In this document: piece by piece, positions 22,851 through 36,206 of the stretch | Numbering within the stretch: position 1 is the first letter of the stretch | Layout of the letters: every line of letters starts with the position of its first letter | Source: Protoeuglena noctilucae | Taxonomy: Eukaryota | Length of the DNA stretch: 40,294 nt | Reading direction: 5' to 3' | Assembly: GCA_958009085.1 (NCBI GenBank) | Contig: OY253668.1 | Coordinates: 2,108,001 to 2,148,294 of the forward strand | Translations under genes and position numbers: made by a program | The notes under the pieces: model-generated | Told to the model about the DNA's origin: nothing | The model's input: only the letters and a program-made list of their open reading frames with translations | The model's database searches: none

Positions 22851-25800
22851 TCACCTGCCCCCACGCCCGCCCCTCTTGGTCCGCCGCCTCACCATGCCCC
22901 CGCGCCCCGCACCCGCCTGCACCCCGCCCTCCCCGCTGGGGGCAATCTCCCCCTCCTCCTCCCCCGCCCCGGCCACCGTGAACCCCACCCCTGCCCCCGC
23001 CCCCTTGTCCTGTGCCTCCTCTCCCCCCTCCGACTCCGAATACTCCTCGTAAGGGTCCTGGTCCTCGTCCTCAAACATTTCCTCCTGCTCCTTGCGGAGG
23101 GCCTCCTGGGGAAGGAGAGGGCGAGAGGGTGGCACGGGGCACGCGGAGTGGGTGAGGATGGTACACAACACAGCGCACGCGGCAACCCCCTCGCCTGCAG
23201 CTTCTCCATGACTTCGGGCGAGTTCTGCTGCACCTCCATGACGATGGGCACGGCCACGTCGCACCCCAGCCACGACTGGGACAGCACGCGCACCGTGACA
23301 CGCATGCGCCCCGCCTGCGCGATGGTGGGGGGACAAGGATGAGCGCGGACAAGGCGTGGAATGGATGCTTGTTCATGACCCCATCCTCGCCCCTCGCCTG
23401 GGGAGGCGCGAAAAACCTCAGGATGACCACCTCCCCGGGGATGTCGGCCACGTCCCCACCGCCCTCAGCCGCGTCCCGCGCCTTGTCCGCCACCAGCGAC
23501 TGCGCCCGCGCCAGGAGGGGCGTCAGGGGGCCGTCCTCGGGGGGCACGTACCCGGGGGCGCTCTGCAGGAGGGGCGGGTGGGGAGACGAGAGGATGGGGT
23601 AGCGAGCAACAAGAGCGTGTGATGGGGTCGGGGTGTACAGTCACGTGTCTACGGCCATGCCCCAGTTGACAACCACTCGCCTTGTCCCCCGCCGCCTCCG
23701 TCGCCTCCGCCAGTGCCGTGGCGGCCAGCCTGGCCCCCGCGCGCTCCGCCCCTGCCCACGCCTTGGAGGGCAGGAAGTCCAGGCGCGCCATGCACACGTT
23801 CGCGTCGTCCAGGGACACGAGGGCCGTCCAGCGCTCCTCACGGTCGCCCAGGGGCCAGTGGGGGATCTGGGCCATGATCTGAGGGGCAGGAAGGGAGGGG
23901 CGTCGTGGCACCACCCACGGCCGCCCGCACTGGGACGAGCCATCGCCCTACCCCGACCACCCCGCTCGCCTTCTCGGGAGGTGACGCCGCTGCCGCCGCG
24001 CGCGTCCCCGGCGCCGGTGCCTCGACGGGCGCCGTCTGCCGGAAGTGCCTGGGCCGCACGATGGAGACGCGGATCTCGCAGGAGGTCATGTAGGTGGCCA
24101 CGACGCCCACGGCGCGGTTAAGGGGCTCCAGGCGCGCATCCACCACCACGCGCGGCAGCCACTCGAGCATGTCCAGGGCCAGAGAGGCGTCCTCTGCGGG
24201 GTGCAGCGACAGCGATGGGGCGCGCACAGGCGGTGTGCTGAGCACGCATCGAGGGGCGCCGCGTGCGACAGAGCATCGCACACGCGTCGCTCCTCCTGCT
24301 GCCTCACCTTGGCTGACCCCCGCGGCCACCAGCGCCGGCGCGCGCCTGTCCCTGGGCAGGGCGAGGAGGTCGCTGGCGCTGAGGATCTTGGCAGCTTCGA
24401 GTCCCTTGATGACCGCGGGGTCCAGGCACCCGGGGAGCTGCAGGAGGTCCTGGGAGACGCGGACCTTGCACTCCACGGGCTGCACAGACCAGAAGGGGAG
24501 GGCAGGGTCGGTGGCGGCAGTCGTAGCCCTGTAAGCCTCGGTCCCTACAGAAGCCCCGCCTGTGTCGCACATCTTGCGCCGCCCTCACCTTGCCGGTGAG
24601 CTTGACGGAGGTCAGCTGTCGGAACATGGGGTGCACGGCTGCGTAGAGGGACTGGCTGAACTCGGCCGCCGCGATGAGGGAGGTGTTGAAGGAGTATTTG
24701 AAGGGCATGATGCGCTGCAGGGCCGCGACCTCGAACGCCGCGTCGAGGAGCGGGGGCATGCGGGAGAGCGTCTGGCGGAGCGTCTGGGGCAGGGGAAGGG
24801 AGAGCGACGCATGGCAAGAGTGGCACTGCTGGCATAGGCACGTCTCTGTCCAGGCCATCACGCGCGCTGCCTCGCCTCCGTGTAGGCCTTGGGAACGAGG
24901 TCGGTGCGGCGGAGGAGGAAGGCCGCGAGGAGGGCCACGGCGCGGTGGGCGGGGATGGGGCGGTTGGAGCGGTCGCGGAGCTCCGGGGTGAAGGGCGCCA
25001 GGGCCTTCATCAGCTCCGAGACCAAAGCCACCTCTGCGTGCAAGGGAGGACGCGAGCAGTGCCGCGGACAGGGCCGCATGCGTGTGCCAGGCAATGCACG
25101 GACGCATCACCCGCATATGGGGACCGGGTCAGCCAGGTCCACCCTGGCTGCGGCTCACCCTGGCTGCGGTCCTTGCCCGGCCCGCGGAGGGCGAGCAGCT
25201 CGGGCGACATGGCCAGCAGGTCGAGCATCTCCGCCGCGGTGGTCTGACTCTGGATGCCGCCCTGCTGCCCCTGGCCGGGCGCGGGGGCCGGCGCCTGCCC
25301 CTGCCCCTGCGGCTGGGGGGGGGGGCCCAGCAGCGCCTTGACCGTGTCAGGCGACACTGCGGAAAAGGCGAGGAGGGCAGGGATGGTGCAGGCCCCTGCT
25401 CCCCATGCCGCCCCTGGCACTCCGTGCACCGTCCCATCCCACGCCTCGCGTCCCATCCCACGCCTCGCCCCCTCACCCCGCTCCTCCTTGGGCGCCACGG
25501 GGTCTGCCGCGCGGTGGATGAGGTAGATGAGGAAGGCGAGGGGCGCCGTGATGCCCCCCAGCAGCAGCGCCGCCAGCACCAGGGGCTTGCGGGAGCGGTC
25601 CTTGGTCAGGAACCACTCGGGCAGGGCGATGCCCATGCGGAAGGCGCCGGGGCCGTCGGGGTGCCCGTACTTGTCCCAGTTGGCACGCGCGTCCGGGTCT
25701 GCGGGGCAGGGAGCGATAGGGGCCGTCCGTCGGTCACGCCCCAGCCGGCCAGAGCTATGACGAGGCAGGGACACGCGCCGCCCGCCCGCTGCCACCCGCG

Positions 25801-27024
25801 CGTGCCCCACACCTGTGAGTGCGTTGAAGGCGCTCTGGATGCGGATCATCTGCGCGGCCGCCTCCTCGCGGCTGTCCGGGTTGCGGTCCGGGTGGTGCCT
25901 GAGCGCCAGGACGCGGAAGACGCGCTTGATGTCTGCCTCGGTGGCGGACCGGTCCACGCCGAGGATCTCGTAGGGGTCGAATCCGACGTGGACGGCCGTG
26001 TGGGCGTAGACGAAGTAGACCAGGAAGGCCAGGAGGCACCACCCGGCCACCAGGGCCACGTTTCCCAGGGAAAACAGAGAGGGACGGCGGGCGGCCTCTG
26101 CGCAGAGCGGGGTGGGGGGTCCCGGGGTTCGTGAGGCGGATGGGCGGGCAGAGACACTGCGCCGGCGCTCGCGAGAAGGCCAGCGGGACGAGGCGCAGAG
26201 CATCCCCTCCATGCTCCTTGCTGCCATGCGCCTCACCCTTCCCCTGCGCGTCGGCCTTGTCCGTCTCGAAGGCCCTCATGTCGACCCCACGCAGCGCCTT
26301 CTTGGGGGCGGCGCGGCTGGGCCTCTCCGGCTCATCCATGTCCCACGGGGCGCGCCATCCCATGACGCGGAAGAGCGTCACCGGCACGAGCGCGCATCCC
26401 AGCACCGTCAGCAGGAAGGTCGCGAATTGGGTCGTCGACCCCTGCGCGGGCGAGGGGGGCGGTCCTCCGCGGTCGCCGCCGCAGCAGGGCGATCGCGGCA
26501 ATGGCGAACGCGATCGTGGAGGAACCGATCACGGCGTCAGGGAACGGCACCGTGGCCGGCGCGGCGCGGCTAAAGCCAGTTGCACTTCCCGAGGGTACCG
26601 GCACAGCCATGGGTGGTAAGCGCGCGAAGGGCGGTTGCACAGCTCGGAGAAAGGTGCGCTGGACTACGGGCTGTGCATCCGCGGGCAAGGGAGGCACAGG
26701 CCGGCCTAGAAGGTGCGGGCCGCGGGTGCAGGGCGTCGCAGCGGACCAGCGGGAACGCAAGGGCCCCGCGGGCGCGCGGCCACTCCATGCAAGTTGTAAG
26801 CCCGTCATCTCGAACAACGAGGGGCAAGAGATTCGCAAAACAGGCCGCGATGGCGGATCCGAAACGCAGAACGCGGCCTTTGGCGCCGCGCTTGTCGCAA
26901 GGTGAACGGTCGCCCCCGCAGCTGGGAAGCCCAATCTGCCCGCCCCCGTGCAAAGCCCATGGACGCCAACGGCATCAACGATGCGCCTGCGGTCAGCGCG
27001 CACCTCCATATCCACGTCCGGCAT
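22851..27024 (-). CDS. SEC63: ER translocon J-domain protein Sec63/ERdj2
   Basis: N-terminus [27 protein letters not shown] (intron 27003-26442), J-domain FDPYEILGV...[28 protein letters not shown], Sec63/Brl-like region ([14 protein letters not shown]) and an acidic C-terminal tail. Confidence 0.92.
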
Positions 27025-27469
27025 CTTAGATCAAGGCGTTGCGCGAGCGACAGAGTCGCGAGGTTCCCGCGGCAGAGCCGCCGTTCCAGAGGCCCGGGAG
27101 GCAACCCCTGCTGCAATTCTCCAAGCAACGTGGCTGGACAGGATCTGCGAGACGCTCAAGCGGACGCTCCCTAAGATCTCGGGACCCAACAGGCGATGCG
27201 GTCGACGTCGCTGCGCCAGAGCTCCTTCACGCATCTGGCTCTGTGTGCTGGAGAAGGCCGTCAACTGCGTTGTCGCAGACGCGGCCTGTTGCACCGACAC
27301 GATTTCACTGGCGCGGCCGTCCTTCGTCAAACGCCGAGACAAACACGGTTCCAGCGCTGTCTCGGTGCAGAGTAAGCATCGGCGCTGGCGTGTTGTCCAT
27401 CGCTGGACTGTCAAGAGATTTCTTAACCGAGGCGTGCACACTCGCCTGTTGAGCGGCGCGCAGGTCGCC

Positions 27470-29766
27470 ATGACGCTCGCGAAATTGTTGGCGGAGCAGC
27501 GCGGGATGCGCTTGGTGCCCATCCACGCTGGCGCCTGCCTGCGAGCCCTGCCGCATCATCCGTTCGGCGCGCGCTTTGCCAGCCGCGTCGCCCCGCGCGC
27601 GGGGCCTGACAGCGGCGTGCTGGAAAAGTACGAGGCTGTCATTGGAATCGAGACGCACGTCCAGCTCCAGACAGCGACGAAGGCATTCTGCTCCTGTCCC
27701 AACGAGGTGTGTTCCGACAGGAGACCTTCTCGACCCGCCGCGCGCCTCGCCGCTCTGCCAGGGCCACGCCTCGTTCTTCCCGCAGTACGGTGCGGAGGTC
27801 AACCGGCACGTCTGCCCCGTCTGCATGGGCCTCCCGGGCGCGCTCCCGGTGCTCAACCGTGCCGCCACCACCCTCGCCGTGCGTCTGGGCCTGGCGCTGG
27901 GCAGCTCCATCGCTTCGTCCTCCAAGTTCGACCGCAAGCACTACTTCTACCCCGACCTGCCCAAGGGGTACCAGATCAGCCAGTACGACGAGCCCGTGTG
28001 CTCGGGGGGGCGCGTGGAGGTGCTGCTGCCGGGGGGAGGGCGCAAACGGGTCGGCATCACGCGGGCGCACCTGGAGGAGGACGCGGGCAAGATAGTCCAC
28101 GGGGGAGCGGACTCTCTGAGCGGGTCCAAGCATTCCAACGCCGACTACAACCGAGCGGGGGTGCCGCTGCTGGAGGCGAGGGGCGGGGTGGGGCGCGTGG
28201 ATGGGAGCGTAGAGTGAGATGCAGCGTTGCGTCTGATGCGTTGGGACCCTTGACTGGCGCAGATCGTGTCGGAGCCGGACTTGCGTTCCGGCCAGGAGGC
28301 GGCAGAATACGGGGCGGAGCTGCGCCGCATCGTGAGGGCGCTGGGGATCAGCAACGGCAACATGCAGGAGGGGTCCATGCGATGCGACGTCAACGTCTCG
28401 GGTGAGCCCTGGACAGGATGCATGACAGCGGGGTGCGCGTGGCCCGCGTGACGTGGGGGCCGAGGCCACCTCGTCCGGCTCTCGCCCGCAGTGCGCCCGC
28501 GGGGTCAGTCGGCCTTCGGGACCAAGGTGGAGATCAAGAACATGAACTCGTTCAGCGCCATGCAGAAGGCCATTGAGTTTGAGGTGGCACGGCAGGTGGG
28601 GCTGATTGAGGGGGGGCGCGGGGAGGAGATTGTGCAGGAGACGCGACTGTGGGACGAGGGGAGGCTCGAAACGTACACGATGAGGAAGAAGGAGGGGCTG
28701 GCGGACTACAGGTGACGGCGCACGCAGGGGATGCATGGGGGTTGACCGTCGATGGCAGTCGCGGCGTGGCAGTGGATGACGCCCTGCCCTCCCATCCCTT
28801 GTGTGGTGCCCTGTCACATTCTCACGGCCACCAGCACGCCGCGTCGCCCCAGGTACTTCCCCGAGCCAGACCTGCCGCCCCTGACCATCACCGCGGAGGA
28901 GATCAAAGCGGTCCAGGCCTCCATGGGGGAGCTGCCCGACGCACAGCGCGAGCGGTACGTGGCCATGGGTGAGTGCCGCACGGCCAGAGGCGGGGCAGCC
29001 AGGCATGCAGTCGGGGCTCAGAGGCGGCAACAATGCGCCCCCCTGGTCCTGTCCCCACTCGCCCTGCGCGCCATCTGGACCCCAGGGCTCGCTCCCGGCG
29101 ACGTGGCCTTCCTGGTGGACGACATGGACGCCGCCGCCTACCTGGACGCGTCGGTCGCGGCGGGGGCGGCCCCCAAGGCCGCCGCCAACTGGGTGATGGG
29201 GGACCTCGCCGCCCACTGCAAAGCCAGCAAGGTCGCTTTCGCTGACCTCGCGCTGACGCCGCCGCAGCTGGCGGAGCTGGTGACTCTGATCGAGCAGGAC
29301 GTCATTTCGGGGAAGATCGCGAAGCAGGTGGGCGCCGAGGGGGGTCAAGTGCCACGGGACGATGCCCGGTGGGTGCCCAGAACCTCACTCCTTGCATACC
29401 CGCAGATCCTGCCCTCCCTGCTGACGGGCGCTGCGGGAAGCGCGGGGGGTGTGCGGAAGCTGGTGGAGGCGTCGGGGCTGGTGCAGCAGAGCGACCCGGA
29501 GGCGATCCGCGCGCTGGTGCGCAAAGTCCTCCTCGACAGCCCCAAGGAGGTGGAGCAGTACAGGGGGGGAAAGACCAAGCTTATGGTGAGTCAGTGTAGA
29601 GCACAGCATGCAGCGTGCTGCAGCCGCACGCGTCACGTTAGGGCATGCGGCTCGCCGGTCGCAGGGCTTCTTCCAAGGCCAGTGCATGAAGGCGTCGGGC
29701 GGCAAGGTGAACCCGAAGATGCTCGCCGAGATCCTCAAGCCCATGCTGGATGGAACGGAGGAGTAG
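27470..29766 (+). CDS. gatB: Glutamyl-tRNA(Gln) amidotransferase subunit B, organelle-targeted, 8 exons
   Basis: Motifs [90 protein letters not shown] and [14 protein letters not shown], with an N-terminal transit-peptide-like extension. Confidence 0.96.
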
Positions 29767-29909
29767 AGGAACTGGCGTGCACGTCGTGCGGCACACCCTG
29801 CCTCCTAGTCCCTGGGGCACCGCGCCGTCCCTCCTTCGCTCTATAGCAGGCGTGCTCGGTCGGCGTGGCACTTTTGAATCCTGTGACGGCCGCGGCGCTC
29901 CCTGCGCAC

Positions 29910-29914
29910 TGTAA
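29910..29914 (+). terminator. Putative chlorophyte-type polyadenylation signal TGTAA for gatB
   Basis: TGTAA ~145 nt after the gatB stop; UGUAA is the established Chlamydomonas/chlorophyte poly(A) signal. Confidence 0.5.
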
Positions 29915-29953
29915 TTTTGCTTCCGGCTCTGCGGTCGCGCCTCGGGGGAGGGG

Positions 29954-31142
29954 ATGGAGCAAGGGGGGGAGGAAGCCACGCGGCTTTTTCGCGTGCGGAG
30001 GACGATCTGGCAGGCGCGCACTGGAGCGGGGGGCGTGGGCTGTGCAGACGCTTTGACGAAGTTTACGGGGTCTCGCGTCGCGCGCCGGCACCGTGCTGCA
30101 GCCCCCTTTCAGCGGACGCGCTGTCCTTGCATGAAGACAGCAGCGCAGTTGTCCGCCGCCGCTGGCAGTGGCCTCACTTGCCGCAGTCGGGGCTCGCCAT
30201 GCGCCCCGCGGCACGACACGCCCGCACCGTCGCGCGCGTGCAGATGCTCCGTGACCGTGGGTACTTGGTGGGCCAGAAGGACCTCAACACGACGTTGGAG
30301 GAGTTTCGGGCGACGTTCGGGGACCATCCGGACCGCGCGCTGTTGTCGATCCAGACGAGCCTCCTGTCGAACGAGGAGGAGCAGGCGAGGGCGCCCGCGG
30401 CCCCAGCGAGGACCAATTCGTGCCATGAATGTCTGCGGGGCGCGTGGTAGCGTGGGGCACTTCGATGACGTCCCCCTGCATCCTGCATCATGCGCAGGTG
30501 CTGGTCTACTTCCCTTCCGAGGCCAAAGTGACGTTTCCGACGCTTCAAAGGGTTGTCCAGCTCATGAGGCAGCACAGCATCAGCCTCGCCATTCTGGTGA
30601 GCAGTGCGGAGGCCTGCGCGCGACCACCATGGGATGGTGTTGCTTGCCGATTCGGCAGACCTTCGTGCGCGTCGCCCACAGCGAGATGGCTCGAAAGCGT
30701 CTCGCGCCCTCAGGTGGCCGCTGAGCCCCTCTCGGGCCACACGGCACGTGCGGTGCAGGAGGGCCTGGTGGAGGGGTTTCGTTTCGAGTTCTTCTTGGAG
30801 AAGGAGCTGTTGGTGAACATCACCGAGCACGACCTGGTGCCCAAGCACACTCCCATGACGGAGGAGGAAAAGGAGGCGCTGTTGGAGCGGTACAAGGTGG
30901 GGTGACGCCCGCGCTGGGTGTTGGGTGCAGATAGGCCGTGCTGTTCCCACCCGTGCCTGCCCTGCGGACGCGAGGAGCAGCAAGGGAACGGCGCGCCGCA
31001 GGTCAAGGAGTCCCAGCTGCCGCGCATTCGCAAGGACGACCCGGTCGCCCGCTACCTGGGGCTGCGGCGTGGCCAGGTGGTGCGCATCGTGCGCAAGTCG
31101 GAGACGGCGGGGAGGTATGTGACGTACCGCATATGCCTGTGA
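29954..31142 (+). CDS. RPB5: DNA-directed RNA polymerases I/II/III shared subunit RPB5, 5 exons
   Basis: [34 protein letters not shown] and [41 protein letters not shown]. Introns 1 and 2 have GC donors. Confidence 0.96.
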
Positions 31143-31313
31143 CGGGTGCGGGGCAAGACGTGCGCTCTGGGCGTGCAGGGGGGGGGGGGGGGAAGCACCT
31201 AGCAAGAGCCCGCAGCCAGCGCGGGACGCGCGGGAGAGTGGCATTAAATTTTAAACGGGTGTCTTTGCGCTGCCTCGTCACCCCTTCTGGCGCAGACGCG
31301 ACCTCGCCCGGCC

Positions 31314-31318
31314 TGTAA
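31314..31318 (+). terminator. Putative polyadenylation signal TGTAA for RPB5
   Basis: TGTAA ~170 nt after the RPB5 stop. Confidence 0.5.
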
Positions 31319-31548
31319 CCGCCTGGCACCTCTGGCACCGTTTTTCGGCCCCGTCTCGACATCTGGGGCCCCGCGCGCCCGTTCGCGGATACATGGACGC
31401 GCAAAAAAGTAGGAGCGTTGGTCGCGAACGATGCGCGACGCTCCAGTGCATCGCCAAGCCTGGGCCCTGAGAGGATCGTTCCGAGATGGCCGCGTCGCCG
31501 CAGTCGCCACCCTGGTGCGAAGATAATACCAATTCTGTTCATCCCACC

Positions 31549-34217
31549 ATGTCGGACGAGACGGATGCGCCGCGGTTCTCGCTGGGCAAGAGGTGAGGCC
31601 TCCCCGCGCCGTGGGTGCTCCACGGGCCGCGCTAGCTGGACCTCGATCCTAAATTGCTCGTTCCGAAACGCCGGCGAGGACTGCGCCCGGCGCGCCATGC
31701 CTGGAACGCGGCTCGGGCCCGCCCCAAACGCGGCGCACGCTCCTGGCCCGTGAGCTATCGGGGCCGGCGTGATGCGGGCGCAGCGTATCGAATGATGATC
31801 GTGGCGGCCATTTGCGTCCCGGCGCGTGATCGCTGGCCCCTCGCGACACTTTTGGGGACTCGGGGCTCGTTGGGGCCCACTTGTTCGCTATCCGCCGGGA
31901 ATTCGGCACTTGTCGTTCCGACTTTCAAATCCTGGCTGCATGGCGCCTGTTTGACCCCCACGCGGCTGTTCTCCGGGCCTGGTCAACCCACACTGTCCTA
32001 CCGAAGTGTGAGGGGGCATCGACGCGTTCCGAGCACGTTTCGGCGCCATAGACCGCCGCTGCGTGCTGTTGGGAGGGAATTATATTGTCGGGGGGATGGC
32101 GGGCCGGGCATCGCTTGCGAATTGGCAGGAATATCCACCATCTGTCGCACGAGCATGGGGGCACCCTCCTCGCACCCACCCAGGGACCTTAATTCCGCCG
32201 CATGCTGCTCCTGTGTGTTCACCGTCTGCGCCCGTCCATCCTGCCTGCAGGATATGGCAGGGCGAGTCGTGCCAGGTCTTCTTGGGGGCGGACGCGGCGA
32301 CGGGCGCCCCCGTGGCCGTCAAACACTACCCCCGCGACCGCCTCGACCCGACCACGGAAGAGTACGTGCTGCAAGAAATCTCCCTCCACGCGTCGCTCGG
32401 TGAGGCCCCGGGGGGACCGCGGCGGGAAAGAGGGGCTGCCCTCGCGTGCCGCGTGGGCCCTCTGACCAGACCCCTCCTGCCCCGCCCAGACCACCCTCAC
32501 ATTCTCCCCGTCCTGGCCGCCATGCGCAACGACTCGGGCATCTCCGTGGTGCTCCCCTTCGCCTCCAACGGCGACCTCTACGAGCGCTTCGCGGACCTCG
32601 ACCACTCGGAGCGCACCATCGCGCGCCATGTCCTGGCGCCCCTCCTCAGCGCCCTCGCCTACGTCCACGCCCGCGGCATCGTGCACCGCGACATCAAGCT
32701 CGAGAACGTCCTCCTCGACGGCCGCGGGCGTGTCCTCCTCGCCGACTTTGGGTTCGCCCTCGACCTGCAACGCCGCCGGGCACTCACGCACGTCGGCACC
32801 CGCGTCGCCATGGCGCCCGAGGTGCTCCTGGGAGACCCGGCCGCGGGGCCCGACGCGCCCCTCCGCTGCGAGGTGCCCCGGGACGCGCGGCCCTCCTACG
32901 GAACGGCCGCCGACATCTGGGCCCTCGGGGTCCTCGCCTTCGAGCTTCTCACCGGCCGGGTACCCTTCGCCGGCAGCGACGACCGCGGCATCGCGCGCGC
33001 CATCTTCGCCAGCCACGCCGGCCTCCGCGCCGGCGTCTCCCCCCTGGCGCTCGACTTTCTCCGCCGGTGCCTCACCTTCGACGCCAGGGAACGCCCCACC
33101 GGTGAGCAGCGATGCCCTGCGACCACGTGGCTGCTGCCCGCCTGCCCGCCCGTCTCATGCGCAAGCCCCCCCTCCCGCGCCCAGCTCGCGATCTCCTGTC
33201 CCACCCCCTCCTCGTGGCGCACTGCGACCCCACGCGCCTGGCAGCCCTCGTGGATGCCGTCGCCGACAGCCGCCCCCTCGTCGACAACCGTCTCTTGACG
33301 ACTCGCCTCGAGTCCCGCTCCCAAGCCGCCGAGGGCCCGTCCGAATCGGGCAAGACCTTCAGCCCCGCTGCGAGGCGAGACATGCCAGTTGTTCGGCCTC
33401 GCGAGCTCGACCCTGCCCTGAGCCCGGCCCCATCATCATGTTACCCATCCCTGCCCCTCCCCTCCCCCGCAGCATCATGGGCGGGACCGGGTTCCCCTCC
33501 CCCACGCGCCCCCGGCACCTGGCCGTGCAGGCCCCCAGCCTCGCCGGCGACCCCACCGGCGCTGCCCGGCCCGGGGTTCGGGTCCCTCGCCTCGACCTCC
33601 CCCCGGTCGTCCCCGTCGGCAACAAGCCCACGCGCCACAGCTTCGATGGCCCTGCCCCAGCCACCCGCGGAAGATGTCCGCCGACTGCGCACGCGCCGCT
33701 GCGGGGGCGTGCGTGCCGCCCCCCGACCCCTCGGACGGCCAGGCAAGCCTCGCCTGCCCCTGCGCGCGTGCCGGCGGTCGATCTGCGACGATGCGTGACG
33801 GTAGAGCGCGCTGAGCGTGACGTGCCCTGCCCCGTCCCCGGAACTCTGCAGGGCCTCGGCACCGTGGTCAGCCTCGCCTACGCGGGCGCAGAGACCAACG
33901 ACAGGCGGGGCAGTCGCTGGGGCGGGATGCCGGGGGGCATGTCGGCCGCTTGCGGCGTCAAGGGCAGCGCCGACAACCTCGCCACGTGCCGCCCAGAGGG
34001 TGAGGCCGGTGCATGGTGCCACCACCACATGGATGGCCTGCCCTGGCCTCAGCCGCTGACTGACTCCCCTGGACCGTCAATCCCTGCAACAGTCGCAGGC
34101 CTACCGGCGCTCTCGTTGACTCGGCCCACGGAGTCGGGCCGCGCCTCCCGCACAAACAAGCACGACCCCCCTGGCCGGGTACGGGGGAGGGCCGCGCGCC
34201 TCCTCCACTGGTGGTGA
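31549..34217 (+). CDS. Aurora-like Ser/Thr protein kinase with a Pro/Arg-rich C-terminal tail
   Basis: Exon 1 31549-31592 (MSDETDAPRFSLGKR), intron 31593-32250, then VAVK, QEISLHASLDHPHI, HRDIKLENVLL, LADFG, MAPE and DIWALGVLAFELLTGRVPF. The 3' end is uncertain (34217 or a further small exon near 34320). Confidence 0.88.
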
Positions 34218-35296
34218 GGGGCGCACCCAGGCTCGAGTTTGACTGCAGAGCTGACCCCAGCGCCGATGCCTCGCGTCGACGCATGTTGCAGACCGCCTGC
34301 GCTGTGCTGTCTCCGCAGGTGCGGCCTGACCCCCCCTCACGTCGCCCCTGAGGGCGCCTGACAGTCTCAGCCCTGCCCTGGCGGCACTGCCCGCGCATCT
34401 ACGCCTGCCTGTCTGACACTCCTCCTGCATGCTTCCTTGCCTCTCCGCCTCTCCGGGTGCAGTTCCCTCTAGCCATGCGGGCCCTGCCCGTGGTGGATCT
34501 CGTCTCCATCCTCTATGCCAGCGAGAGCGGTGCTAGTCTCGCTCCCTTTACACCCTTTCTCCCGGGACTCTGCTGTGAGGGTCACGCACGACGCAGACGC
34601 TGACCTGGGCCACTCCCGCATCCTCGGCAGAGTCCCTCCCTTCCCTACAGCGCCCCCGGCGCCCCGCTCCGTTCCCTGGCGTAGTCTAGCACCTTTCGTC
34701 GACGCAGCACTCCGTGCAAGCACTCTCTCGCGTCTAGAAGCGCGGCCCCAGCTGGAGCCGCGCTGCCCTGCCCGTGCATGGCCGGCCCGTGGCTGCGCTC
34801 CCTTGCCCCCACGGATGGAGGCATGCACGCAGCCAGAGTTTTATGCCCAGACTGTGTGGGCGTGATCCCATTTAGCGGACCTAGTATCTAGGCGACGCCA
34901 GCGCTTTGGCCTTCGACCGTCTTGCGGCTGGTCTTCGCTGCTCGCCTCTTTCGGCGTGTTTGTTCCTACCAGCTCCTTGGTGTCATTGATTGCGGGCCGT
35001 TTCCCCCTAGCACGCTCCCGTGCCTCACCTCAGCTTCCTTGACTTCCCAAGTGCGCTGCCTTGCCCTGCTGTTTGCTCTGATCAGCCAGCTGCCCGGTGC
35101 CATGTCTGTGTTCCTAGGAGAAGCCGCAGCCTGTTCTCATGACATGTGTAGGCACCCGCGCCTCGCGCAAAGGCGCAGACGGTGTCGTTTCTATGCCTGG
35201 TTTGCCTGGGCAAGTGGCGCACAGTACCGACTGCTTTGAACTGCGCAGAAGTGGCCAGCACTAGCCCCGCTCCCATGCAGCACAGCCCCCCCCCCG

Positions 35297-36206
35297 TCAC
35301 TCGCGGATCCTCGTCTCCGCCTTGGTCACCTCCCTCTGGACCGTCTGCGGGGGCGCACGGACCACGTTGTCTCTGCCCCCTCTCTCGGCGACCCCTGGCC
35401 CGACAGTCGCGCTGTTTGGCAGCTGAATTGACAGGGTCTGAGAGGCAGCGTCTCGTACGTGAATTCCAGCTCACCTTCTCCCCCTCGGCCTTCTTCTCCG
35501 CCTTCCCCTTCGGCTTGAAGTTGGGGTCGAATGGCAGGTCCTTGGACCTGCAGAGGCGATGACCGGAGGGTCGGGGTCTCCAGCCCAGCCCAGTGACGAC
35601 GCTGAGCAGGACGACCGCTGCCCCGATCACGTCGCCGCATGTGGGCCCCCCTGGCCCTGCTCACCGGAAGATGACGATGTGAACTTGGCCTACGAGGAGG
35701 TGGATGTAGGAGCGCGTGTCGTGCGTGATGCAGCAGGCGAAGTGGTACCCCGCAATGCAGTGGTACACGCCCTCGAGCGCCGTCTGCGTCGGAAAGCGGT
35801 CGTCGAAAGCCTTCTTCACGTGCTCTGCGGGGAGGGCAGAGTGAATGTGGGTCAGTGCGCTTCGGGGAGGAGCGCGGCGAGTCTCTGCCCCTGCGCAACC
35901 ACCAAGATGGGGTCCCAGGCCCACCTGCAATGGCTTTCAGCTGCTTGTGCTTCGTCACGGCCTCCTCCGCAATCTGGATTGCCGCCTCCTGGACCTCCTG
36001 CGCCATGTACGACTGCAGGACCTGCGCAGAGATGGCACCGCGGACGGTTCGGGCCAGCACATGCGACGCTGAGGGAGCCGGGCAAGCTCCAGGCTGCGGC
36101 TGCGGGTCCCGTCGCCAACTGCCCGCTTCCAGCGCTGTCTTGCCTTTGCCTCCACCTCCTTCGGCACCGCCTCCTGCGTTCCCGGCTCGGGATCCGCGGA
36201 CATCAT
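35297..36206 (-). CDS. Dynein light chain type 1 (LC8-family) protein with N- and C-terminal extensions
   Basis: EVEAK|VLQSYMAQEVQEAAIQIAEEAVTKHKQLKAIAEHVKKAFDDRF...VYHCIAGYHFACCITHDTRSYIHLLVGQVHIVIFRS follows the LC8 pattern. The last exon is tentative. Confidence 0.8.

Noticed and set aside
31178..31192. G15 homopolymer in the RPB5 3' region (possible G-quadruplex)
   Set aside because: A simple homopolymer of unreliable length in a GC-rich genome, with no evidence of function.
31792..31960. Box C-like ATGATGA in the long first intron of the kinase (also at ~14854)
   Set aside because: No suitably spaced box D (CTGA) or terminal stem was found, so a snoRNA is not supported.
34230..35290. 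~1 kb between the kinase and the dynein light chain containing short ORFs (34515-34865, 34922-35239)
   Set aside because: No recognisable motifs, terminal repeats or coding-like codon bias; most simply explained as convergent 3' UTRs.
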